A stretch of 64,000 nt of DNA from assembly GCA_958296125.1 (NCBI GenBank), contig OY282444.1, forward strand, positions 1,543,940 through 1,607,939. Direction: 5' to 3'. The notes under the pieces were generated by a model, which saw nothing but the letters and a program-made list of their open reading frames with translations, did not search any database and was not told the origin of the DNA. Made by a program: the position numbers and the translations under genes. Origin of the DNA: an uncultured Poribacteria bacterium. GTDB taxonomy: Bacteria; Poribacteria; WGA-4E; PCPOR2b. This document shows positions 9,124-16,770 of the stretch, one piece after another. The number at the start of each line of letters is the position of its first letter. The first letter of the stretch is position 1.

Positions 9124-9783
9124 TTACAAATTTTCAATATGCTCAATGAGAAGTGTCGCCAGCGTTTCAATCTGCTCCTCACCCGAAACGACCATATCTG
9201 CAAACACCTTACTTGGCTCAACCCAAGCGAAGTGCATAGGGCGAGTCGTCGCGTAATACTGCTGGATGCATGAATCCACCGTGCGTCCACGTTCCTGAAC
9301 ATCGCGTACCAACCGACGGATAAAACGGATATCGGCGGGCACGTCAACGAATACCTTCAGATTAAGCAGTGACCGGATAGGGTCAAGTGCGAGCAACAGA
9401 ATTCCCTCAATCAGCACAACCGCCTTGGGCTGAAGCGTGAGGGTTTCAGGGCGACGAGTATGCGTTGTGAAGTCGTAGCTGGGCACCTCAACGGCTTTCC
9501 CACATCTGAGTTGGTGTATCTGTTGGATCAATAATTGGACCTCCAACGCGTCAGGATGATCGAAGTTCACTCCTGCTCGCTCTTCAAGGGAAAGGTGACT
9601 GAGATCTTTGTAATAGGAGTCAAGGCGCAATACGGTGGATCTATCGTCTCCCAGTCGTTTATGAATTGCTGCGGCGAGCGTTGTCTTACCAGATCCACTT
9701 CCCCCCGACACCCCAATGAGGGTGGGGGTCAATCGAATTGAGGTATCCATAAAGTCATCGTCAACACCTAGACAAGATAACAT
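9124..9783 (-). CDS. udk: Uridine kinase
   Basis: LIGVSGGSGSGKTTLA P-loop, followed by DSYYKD and VLIEGILLL motifs characteristic of Udk/PRK-family kinases. The start is probably the internal Met at ~9750. Confidence 0.85.
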   Translation of the reverse strand: MLSCLGVDDDFMDTSIRLTPTLIGVSGGSGSGKTTLAAAIHKRLGDDRSTVLRLDSYYKDLSHLSLEERAGVNFDHPDALEVQLLIQQIHQLRCGKAVEVPSYDFTTHTRRPETLTLQPKAVVLIEGILLLALDPIRSLLNLKVFVDVPADIRFIRRLVRDVQERGRTVDSCIQQYYATTRPMHFAWVEPSKVFADMVVSGEEQIETLATLLIEHIENL

Positions 9784-9830
9784 GCTTTTCGCGGGCGATG
9801 GCGAAAAACATCATGACTATCGAAACCAAG

Positions 9831-10343
9831 TTACACGCCTATATCCCTGTGTAACTCAAAGTCTGCGAGTGCGTCCCTTTCGTTTTGGTAGATAAAATTC
9901 TCAAGATTTGCCGCTCCCAATTGCTTGAAAGTGTGTGTTAGCATTGCCGATAACCCATAGACCTTGAGGTCGCCACCGTTCCGTCTCAATTCATTTGATT
10001 TGCTGACCAATATGCCTAACCCTGAACTATCAATTCGACGAGCACTACTAAGATTGACAATTACTTTCATCGTGTTTTGGCTGATAAGTTGCTCAAGTAT
10101 TTGGCGTAACTGAATCGATGAAAGTGCGATGAGGTCGGTGTCCACATCAATGATTTGAATCGTCGCCTTTTGGCGTTGAATCTGACGCCACGTATCAACC
10201 GCGATTTGTACCTCTCCACTTGACAAGGGCTCAGCTAATCCCATCACTCTGTAAGCAGTGCTGTCATCGGGTGCCTCAGCTGATAAATCTAAGTCATGTC
10301 CTTCTGGAAGGTATTCACGGATTGTTATTGATCTTGTTGCCAT
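9831..10343 (-). CDS. STAS-domain protein (anti-sigma-factor antagonist-like)
   Basis: KVIVNLSSARRIDSSGLGILVSKSNELRRNGGDLKVYGLS matches the SpoIIAA/STAS fold pattern, with a ~60-aa N-terminal extension. Confidence 0.65.
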   Translation of the reverse strand: MATRSITIREYLPEGHDLDLSAEAPDDSTAYRVMGLAEPLSSGEVQIAVDTWRQIQRQKATIQIIDVDTDLIALSSIQLRQILEQLISQNTMKVIVNLSSARRIDSSGLGILVSKSNELRRNGGDLKVYGLSAMLTHTFKQLGAANLENFIYQNERDALADFELHRDIGV

Positions 10344-10656
10344 GAGAGATTCCTTTCTCGTATTTTAAACCTATCTCGCTTCAATCCACCAATGGGTGGG
10401 TGAAGCCTACTTTTATTTTACCTTAGTTCCTCTAGGGAGGTCAAATAAAATCCCGTTGTCCTTGCGACTAAACCGTGTTACAGATAGGGGCTTTAGCCCG
10501 TAAAGCCCAAGTATTGTCCGTTCCGCCTGCCTGCCCGGTCTCGGCACGGACAGACCAGGGATACTTGGGATAAAGACCTTTTAAAAGGTCTTAAGTTTCG
10601 CTTTAGCGTTTTTTTTAACTTTGTATGTAAAATATGATATACTTGTCTTGGCTTTC

Positions 10657-10693
10657 GTAGGGGACATCCCGAACCCTTCGGGATGTCCCCTAC
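10657..10693. repeat. Perfect inverted repeat (17-bp stem, 3-nt loop) immediately upstream of the TnpB fragment
   Basis: gtaggggacatcccgaa-ccc-ttcgggatgtcccctac. Further palindromes lie upstream: aagacctttt/aaaaggtctt at ~10578-10597 and gggcttta..taaagccc at ~10488-10508. Confidence 0.6.
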
Positions 10694-10710
10694 ATCCTAC
10701 AGGATAGGAT

Positions 10711-10968
10711 ATGCGAGCTAGAAAGCTGAATTCCATGAAAACGTACAAGTTCAAGATGTATAGCCATCACGGTAACGGCGAGTTGCACAAGACTATAGAC
10801 GGTCACGCGCCTATATGGAATCATTGCATTGCCCTTCAGTGGTGCTACTATGCTATCTACGGCAAGTATATCAGCAAGTTTCGATTGATGAAACACCTCT
10901 CTAAACTCAAGCAACTCCCTCGCTTTGCCCACCTGGTCTCGGCACGGACCCTTCAGGAGAGGTCGTAA
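10711..10968 (+). pseudogene. tnpB: TnpB (OrfB_IS605) N-terminal fragment, ~85 codons, 3'-truncated
   Basis: KTYKFKMYSHHGNGELHKTIDGHAPIWNHCIALQWCYYAIYGKYISKFRLMKHLSKLKQ aligns by eye to the TnpB N-terminus (..YKFRLYPn.eQ...L.rtfG.aRfvyNhala......gk.lsy..l...l..lKq). The ORF then stops; full-length TnpB is ~400 aa. Confidence 0.55.
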
Positions 10969-11133
10969 GTCCCGCTTCGATTGGCTAACCTCATTGATTG
11001 AACAATTCGACTCCTAAAGGAACAGGTGAGAATCCCAATCCTTTAGGTTTGGGAGTATGTCAAAATGTTGATACTGCGCGCAGGTAGGAACCTTCGTGTT
11101 TATCCCTTATTTCAATTATAAAGGAGTGCCTTC

Positions 11134-12555
11134 ATGAATACCTCAGATCTGCCCAACATTCTGCTCATTATGTCCGACGAACACGCCCCGATGTACAGTG
11201 GGCCATACGGACATCCTTTGGTTAAGACCCCGCATATGGACCGCCTCGCCGCCGATGGTATCACGTTTACCAACGCCTATTGTAACTCTCCCCTTTGTAT
11301 GCCTTCACGAATGTCTTTCATGACAGGTCGCTACATTCACCACATCGGTGCTTGGGACAACGCTACACCTATTCCCTCCGACACCGTTACTTGGGCACAC
11401 CTCTTGCGCGGAGTTGGTTATGATGCGGTTCTCTCTGGGAAACAGCATTTCGAGGGGCTAGACCAACTTCACGGGTTCCGCGCCCAACTTGCTCGGGACC
11501 TCCACGCTGAGAACGATCACGGTATCATTGATTGGGAAAACGGCACACCTACCGCAGCACGCCCTTGGTCCGGGCTTGAGGAGGCAGGCCCCGGCACCAC
11601 CACGGAAATCGAAGTAGACGATCTGGCAGAGGAGCAGGCATTGGCTTACCTCCGCGATCCGGCGCGCAAAGATCGACCTTGGGCACTCAACGTCTCTTTC
11701 ATCGCGCCCCATTTTCCGCTCGTTGTGCCGCAACGATTTTGGGATCTTTATCCTCTAGATGAAATCGACCTTCCGGAGATTCCGCAGGGACATTTGGAGC
11801 GTCAGCATCCGGTCTTCAAGCGGATGCGGAGCATGTTCGGTTGCGTCGATTTCCCCGAAGAACTGGTACGGAGGGGACGCGCAGGCTACTACGGTCTTAT
11901 CACCTACCTCGACGAAAAGATTGGTCGTCTCCTTGAAACCCTCGAAGAGACCGGACAGTTGGATAATACCGTAATTGTGTATACCAGCGATCACGGCGAA
12001 ATGAATGGGGAGCACGGCATGTGGCGGAAATCTAACTTCTATGAAGCCTCCGCCCGCGTGCCGCTTCAAATTGTTTGGCCTGGACATCTTCCCGCTGGAC
12101 ATCGGGTCGATGAGGTCGTCTCACTTGTAGACCTTATCGCCACCGTTGTTGACATCGCTGACACAACACCGATCACCCCATTAGACGGTGACAGCTTGCT
12201 GCCTTTGATGCAGATGGGGTCGGGGGCTTCCCCGTTTTGGAAGGACGAAGCCTTTTCCGAATACTTGGCGCATGGTGTCGCGCGTCCGGTCGCGATGCTT
12301 CGGCGGGGTAGATATAAGCTCATCTACAGTTTGGGCGACTCGCCACAACTCTACGACGTTCAGACCGATCCAGATGAATTCCATGACCTCGCTGGAGATA
12401 GCGCGTATCAGTCGATCCTCGAAGATCTCCAGGGACAACTATTGTCCCATTGGGACCCCGTTGATTTAGAACAACGTGTGCGACGGAGCCAGAAAGAACG
12501 GATGCTCATTAACTCTGCTACCGATGGGGCGTGGCGCAGGTTCAACGTGCCTTGA
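11134..12555 (+). CDS. Sulfatase (Cys-type formylglycine motif); no signal peptide
   Basis: PNILLIMSDEH, the CMPSRMSFMTGRY (C-x-P-S-R...TGR) formylglycine motif, and YTSDHGEMNGEHGMW are sulfatase hallmarks. An AAGGAG Shine-Dalgarno lies 8 nt upstream. The protein starts directly with the catalytic core. Confidence 0.85.
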   Translation: MNTSDLPNILLIMSDEHAPMYSGPYGHPLVKTPHMDRLAADGITFTNAYCNSPLCMPSRMSFMTGRYIHHIGAWDNATPIPSDTVTWAHLLRGVGYDAVLSGKQHFEGLDQLHGFRAQLARDLHAENDHGIIDWENGTPTAARPWSGLEEAGPGTTTEIEVDDLAEEQALAYLRDPARKDRPWALNVSFIAPHFPLVVPQRFWDLYPLDEIDLPEIPQGHLERQHPVFKRMRSMFGCVDFPEELVRRGRAGYYGLITYLDEKIGRLLETLEETGQLDNTVIVYTSDHGEMNGEHGMWRKSNFYEASARVPLQIVWPGHLPAGHRVDEVVSLVDLIATVVDIADTTPITPLDGDSLLPLMQMGSGASPFWKDEAFSEYLAHGVARPVAMLRRGRYKLIYSLGDSPQLYDVQTDPDEFHDLAGDSAYQSILEDLQGQLLSHWDPVDLEQRVRRSQKERMLINSATDGAWRRFNVP

Positions 12556-12644
12556 GGGAATTATGGCGAGGCAATCCCTCCACAACAGTAAGTGGAAATT
12601 TGAGGACTTAACTAAGTCGTTTCTAGCTGCTTCGTCCCAATTTA

Positions 12645-13502
12645 CTAGAGTGAGGCAGGATCATTAAGCCCTAAAAGAGCCAGCGTGTCCCGATGCAAGA
12701 TCTGAGCGGGCAGATCTTCCGGCAGCGGCGGCAGTCGCATCTCTTGGGAAAGTCGAACAATATCGTGTAGTCCCTTGACAGATTCATCAAAAGTGGTTAT
12801 GGGAAAATCGGTGCCGAAAAGCAGCTTGTCGGTGACACCGTATTCGACCGCCAACCGTAGCGAGTTGTAGTATTGCCAAGGGCGATAGAACAGGGCGGAG
12901 ATATCGGCAAAGACATTGGGTTGCTTTCGGATAAGGACAATGGCTTCGGCTTCCCAAGGGTGCCCGATGTGGGCAATGACCATCTTCAGATCGGGGAAAC
13001 GAAGCGCGATATCTTCGAGCAGGACTGGATTCGCGTATTTCAGCGGTGCTTTGCGCGGATAGGTCGTGCCTTGGTGGAACATGATCGGCAGTCCGAGTTC
13101 CTCTGCTCGTGCGAAGATTTGCAAGGCGCGTGGATCTAGCGGATCCCAACCGCCATAGATTGGACTCATCTTCAGACCACGAAGCCCTAGCTCTTGAACC
13201 GCGCGGTCTACCTCCGCGAGGGCGTTATCTTCAGTCGGGCAGATTGCCGCAAAGCCGATCAGTTTTTTCGGGGCCATGCGAATATATTCTGCAACGGTGT
13301 CGTTGACCGTAAGGAATCCGGTGAGCGGTGCGCGCAACCCAAACACAATCGCACGGTCTACTTTCGCTACAGCCGAAGCGTGCATCTCCGGTGTGATGTC
13401 CAAGTCGACCACTTGCCGACGCATGATGAAGGTCTCGTGGGCGAGCTCCTCGGTTAGCTCCTCCGGATATCGCCAGAAATGGGTGTGGCAGTCAATGATC
13501 AT
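12645..13502 (-). CDS. Amidohydrolase-2 family metal-dependent TIM-barrel hydrolase
   Basis: MIIDCHTHFW..., KMVIAHIGHPW and GTDFP motifs of the PF04909-type amidohydrolase family. Confidence 0.75.
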   Translation of the reverse strand: MIIDCHTHFWRYPEELTEELAHETFIMRRQVVDLDITPEMHASAVAKVDRAIVFGLRAPLTGFLTVNDTVAEYIRMAPKKLIGFAAICPTEDNALAEVDRAVQELGLRGLKMSPIYGGWDPLDPRALQIFARAEELGLPIMFHQGTTYPRKAPLKYANPVLLEDIALRFPDLKMVIAHIGHPWEAEAIVLIRKQPNVFADISALFYRPWQYYNSLRLAVEYGVTDKLLFGTDFPITTFDESVKGLHDIVRLSQEMRLPPLPEDLPAQILHRDTLALLGLNDPASL

Positions 13503-13518
13503 GGGTATTCCTTAGCTA

Positions 13519-14412
13519 TTAATGCGCTTTTCTGCTGACTTGAGAATATTCGACAGCGAATGCAATTATCGCCTCCGCGACCTTGATTCCCGTAACCGCT
13601 TCGATTTCTTCAAACCCCGGCGAAGGATTGACCTCTAACGCTATTGGGCCTGCTAGCGTCTCCAACAGATCTACCCCGGCAATATCCAATTCCATCGCTT
13701 TTGCAGCCCGGAGGGCTGTGTCCATATATTCGCGGTGGAGTTCGATAGGATGCCCCTGCCCGCCGCGGTGGATGTTTGATCGAAACTCGCCTTCCGGTGC
13801 CGTTCTTCTCATGGCAGCAACAACCTGTCCACCGACGACAATCACCCGCACGTCATTCCCCCCGGATTCTTCAATAAAGGATTGAATGACATAATCTTGA
13901 TGGAGGTCGCACATTGCGCCAATCGCCGACTTGAGCGATGTCGGGGTATCAAGCAACAAGATTGCGTTGCCGTGAGTCCCCTCAAAGGGTTTCATGATAA
14001 AAGGATATTCGCCTGCCTGATGCACAGATCTATCTATACATCGAGTTGAACCCGCAGCAAAACTGGGTGGGACAGGCAGGCCATGTTGAGCAAGGATACG
14101 AAGGGCGCGGAATTTATTTCGGGCGTTTGCAATCGCGTAAGATCGATTGATTACCGGCGTACCGATCCATTCAAAATGTGCCACCACCTCCTCCCCGTAT
14201 TGTGCTGTCGCCGCACTTAGACGCGGGAGAACGACATCGAAATCTGTGGCGGGGGTTTCTTCGTAATAAATAGGTGTGCCCGGACTGCCGATATGAAGAT
14301 AGAATCCAAACGGGTTGAGGACTGTCGGCGTGTGACCGACTGCGAGGGCAGCTTCAACCAATCGTCGGGTGGCGTGGTTTTGCTTACCGAGGGAGATGAT
14401 GCCAATTTTCAT
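13519..14412 (-). CDS. RimK-family ATP-grasp ligase (alpha-L-glutamate ligase-like)
   Basis: MKIGIIS..., PVINRSYAIANARNKFRALRILAQHGLPVP, YPFIMKP, DVRVIVVGGQVVAAMRR and AGVDLLE are typical of RimK/ATP-grasp proteins. Confidence 0.85.
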   Translation of the reverse strand: MKIGIISLGKQNHATRRLVEAALAVGHTPTVLNPFGFYLHIGSPGTPIYYEETPATDFDVVLPRLSAATAQYGEEVVAHFEWIGTPVINRSYAIANARNKFRALRILAQHGLPVPPSFAAGSTRCIDRSVHQAGEYPFIMKPFEGTHGNAILLLDTPTSLKSAIGAMCDLHQDYVIQSFIEESGGNDVRVIVVGGQVVAAMRRTAPEGEFRSNIHRGGQGHPIELHREYMDTALRAAKAMELDIAGVDLLETLAGPIALEVNPSPGFEEIEAVTGIKVAEAIIAFAVEYSQVSRKAH

Positions 14413-14552
14413 TCTGGTATAAACTCAAATCCCGATGTTGTTAAATTATTCCGATTCTTACAACACCGTGGAAAATACCCGGAACTATCGCGCAACCGTT
14501 TATGGTGTTTTTTGTAATGTCCGAACGGGCAAACAGAACCGGAGCCTATCTG

Positions 14553-15587
14553 CTAAATCCCTACCTGCCGATCTCTCAAAAAAGCTTCGAGTTCCTTAAT
14601 GGTGCCGAAAATCCGTTCACACAGATTCTCAAAAAATGGACTACGTGCATGGGAGTATACGGCATAAACCGGTTTGTTATAGCGGGAAGCAAAGTTCATC
14701 TCACTCAAGACACCGGGTGAGAGTTTATCAGTTGGGTAGATAACAACAATAAAATCGCTCTGGTGAATGAATTGGTAATCTCTGGAGATAGTGCGTGTCT
14801 TAATCTGCACCCTGAAATTCCGATCGATATCACTGAGAGTTGTGATTTCACTGTCATCTACCTCTTCCTGAGATGGCTCCGTGGAATGAATCAGGTCCAT
14901 ATCCCCGATGCAGAGCGGATCAAATATGATAAAGTCCTGCTGCATCTTTGAGCCAAACGAGCGGATGCTTTCAATTTGATCCGGTGCCTCCTTGCGGATA
15001 AGCGTGATCGGATAACTCAAGTAGAATTTCTTCTTTTTTGAAAAAAGCAGGTCGTAGAAGTTTCCCAGATCGTGTTGCCGGGCGACAGTATAGTGAATTT
15101 TTCCTTTGAGGTTAGCGAGTTGTTTGGTCAGAAATTCTTCCTCATCGAGCCAGACGTTGATTTCGTCGCGTCGCATGCCCGTCCACTGCGGATTATCCTC
15201 CATACGGTGAGCGATATCCGCGAGATTGTCTACCACATTGATGAACACGTCAGCCGGAAAGTGCTCCATATCTCGAAACGAGATGCCTTCAACTAGTTTT
15301 CCATTCCAGCGGAAGCAAGCGTGCAGACCAACGAAGGTATGCTCATAATCATGTGCGGTGTTAGCAATCTCATAGAAAGCCGATCGGCGTGCTAACGAGA
15401 GAACAGCGGGGTCAGAGTCGAGCACCTTGTCTGTGAATTGAACCCCGGAGGCTGCAGCCGCGCTGCCCATAAAATCCCCAACGTTGAAAAATCCAATCTG
15501 CTTTCCTTTACCGCGGCAGAGTGCTGCAAACTCTCCCATCAGTTCCTTTCGCCCCGAACAACTGATTCCTGTGCAGATGATGTTCAT
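14553..15587 (-). CDS. Uncharacterised protein with a C-terminal SLOG-superfamily (LOG / nucleoside 2-deoxyribosyltransferase-like) Rossmann domain
   Basis: The C-terminal SDFIVVIYPTDKLSPGVLSEMNFASRYNKPVYAVYS matches the aD.vv.lpGG.GTl.El.ea....KPv core of LOG/NDT-like domains. The N-terminal IICTGISCSGRKEL is a non-canonical P-loop-like segment, so its function is unknown. Confidence 0.4.
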   Translation of the reverse strand: MNIICTGISCSGRKELMGEFAALCRGKGKQIGFFNVGDFMGSAAAASGVQFTDKVLDSDPAVLSLARRSAFYEIANTAHDYEHTFVGLHACFRWNGKLVEGISFRDMEHFPADVFINVVDNLADIAHRMEDNPQWTGMRRDEINVWLDEEEFLTKQLANLKGKIHYTVARQHDLGNFYDLLFSKKKKFYLSYPITLIRKEAPDQIESIRSFGSKMQQDFIIFDPLCIGDMDLIHSTEPSQEEVDDSEITTLSDIDRNFRVQIKTRTISRDYQFIHQSDFIVVIYPTDKLSPGVLSEMNFASRYNKPVYAVYSHARSPFFENLCERIFGTIKELEAFLRDRQVGI

Positions 15588-15652
15588 AGGAGTGCTCCGG
15601 TTTGGGGTGAGCGCATCTAAACCTGTTTAGCTAGCGAACACCGATTTTACGC

Positions 15653-16690
15653 TCAGAATCGCAGGAGGAGAGAGACTCGGTGAGCGTTGCCGACACCTTG
15701 ATCTGGAACGAAAGCATAATCGAACTGAAAATTGACGTTTTCGAGAGAAGCCTCCCCGATTCGGCGCAGCCCAAACCCGGCCGTCAACCCATTTTTGGGA
15801 TTTTCTCCCTTGCTAAAACTATAGCCAGCGCGAAGGGCGAGCATACCATAGAACCAATTCTCTGCGCCCAGATGGAAGGTTGGAAATCCAGCAACGATTG
15901 GGTAGTTGACATCAGCGGCCAATGCGAAAAGATCCTGCGGCGGTCTCGCACTGTCAACACTAGGCTTAGTACGGATGTGGTAAGCGATGCCGCCGCGCAC
16001 ATTCATCGGCAGATTTTCCCCTGTATCCAGAAAACCCAAGTTTTGTGCTGCAATTCCTACGCCGATCCGATTGTCTAGAATCTGTAAAAGCACCCCAACA
16101 TCGGCAGCAGCACCAATCGAGTCCTCAACATCGAGTTGCTGAGAAATTGCTTTCGCTGTTGCCCCGACCGAAAACTCTGGGGATAAAATATAGGCGATAG
16201 ATATCCCCGTAGCAAAACCACCGACCGTGGCAGTACTGTCAGGTTCCTCTGTCGATCTGCGACGGCGTTCAATCTCTGTAAACGCGCCGAGGAAACTCAC
16301 CCCCCAAGTCCCTTTGCCGCCAAAACGTTGTGCATAACCAAGGAATTGGTTACTAATATCTGCAATCGAGAAATTCTGCATTGCAGTAAATTGGCGTTCT
16401 CCTACCGCTGTCAAGCCAGCAGGATTCCAATAGATTGTATTGACATCGTTAGCCAAGCCTGCGAACGCCCCTCCCATCCCGGCGGGGCGGCTGCCGGCCT
16501 CAATTTTAAGGAACGCAGCACCTGTTGTGCCGGCATCTGCGTGAATGTCCGCGGCAAAAGCGGGGAAAGCAATGATTGCAAAAAATACTGTCAGAATCAG
16601 GATTTTCAGAATTTTAGGATTACAAAAGTTTTCGTCTTTTAATCCTTTAATCCTGATTAATTCCTGTTTTGGGTGCATCTGTTTCTCCAA
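15653..16690 (-). CDS. porV: T9SS outer-membrane beta-barrel shuttle protein PorV (LptO) family
   Basis: A signal peptide is followed by GAAFLKIEAGSRPAGMGGAFAGLANDVNTIYWNPAGL, the PorV family signature. A beta-barrel-like amphipathic C-terminus ends in ...LLLRF. Confidence 0.8.
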   Translation of the reverse strand: MEKQMHPKQELIRIKGLKDENFCNPKILKILILTVFFAIIAFPAFAADIHADAGTTGAAFLKIEAGSRPAGMGGAFAGLANDVNTIYWNPAGLTAVGERQFTAMQNFSIADISNQFLGYAQRFGGKGTWGVSFLGAFTEIERRRRSTEEPDSTATVGGFATGISIAYILSPEFSVGATAKAISQQLDVEDSIGAAADVGVLLQILDNRIGVGIAAQNLGFLDTGENLPMNVRGGIAYHIRTKPSVDSARPPQDLFALAADVNYPIVAGFPTFHLGAENWFYGMLALRAGYSFSKGENPKNGLTAGFGLRRIGEASLENVNFQFDYAFVPDQGVGNAHRVSLLLRF

Positions 16691-16770
16691 TTCTTTTCCT
16701 CAATTTGGTTCATTGGTTCATAAACGAACTCCCGACCCTTTTGAACTATATCTAAGAGGGTCGCTCGCAC

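Larger units (their letters stand above)
10530..10990 (+). mobile_element. Decayed IS200/IS605-family (TnpB-type) element remnant
   Basis: A left-end-like perfect hairpin, a 5' fragment of tnpB, and two copies of a diverged ~50-bp direct repeat sharing the 15-mer GGTCTCGGCACGGAC (10537-10551 and 10935-10949). No tnpA and no full-length tnpB are present. Confidence 0.5.

Noticed and set aside
14553-15587. Calling the N-terminal half a P-loop kinase
   Set aside because: GISCSGRKE places the Lys one residue out of register relative to GxxxxGK[ST], and no Walker B is evident. The call is left unassigned.
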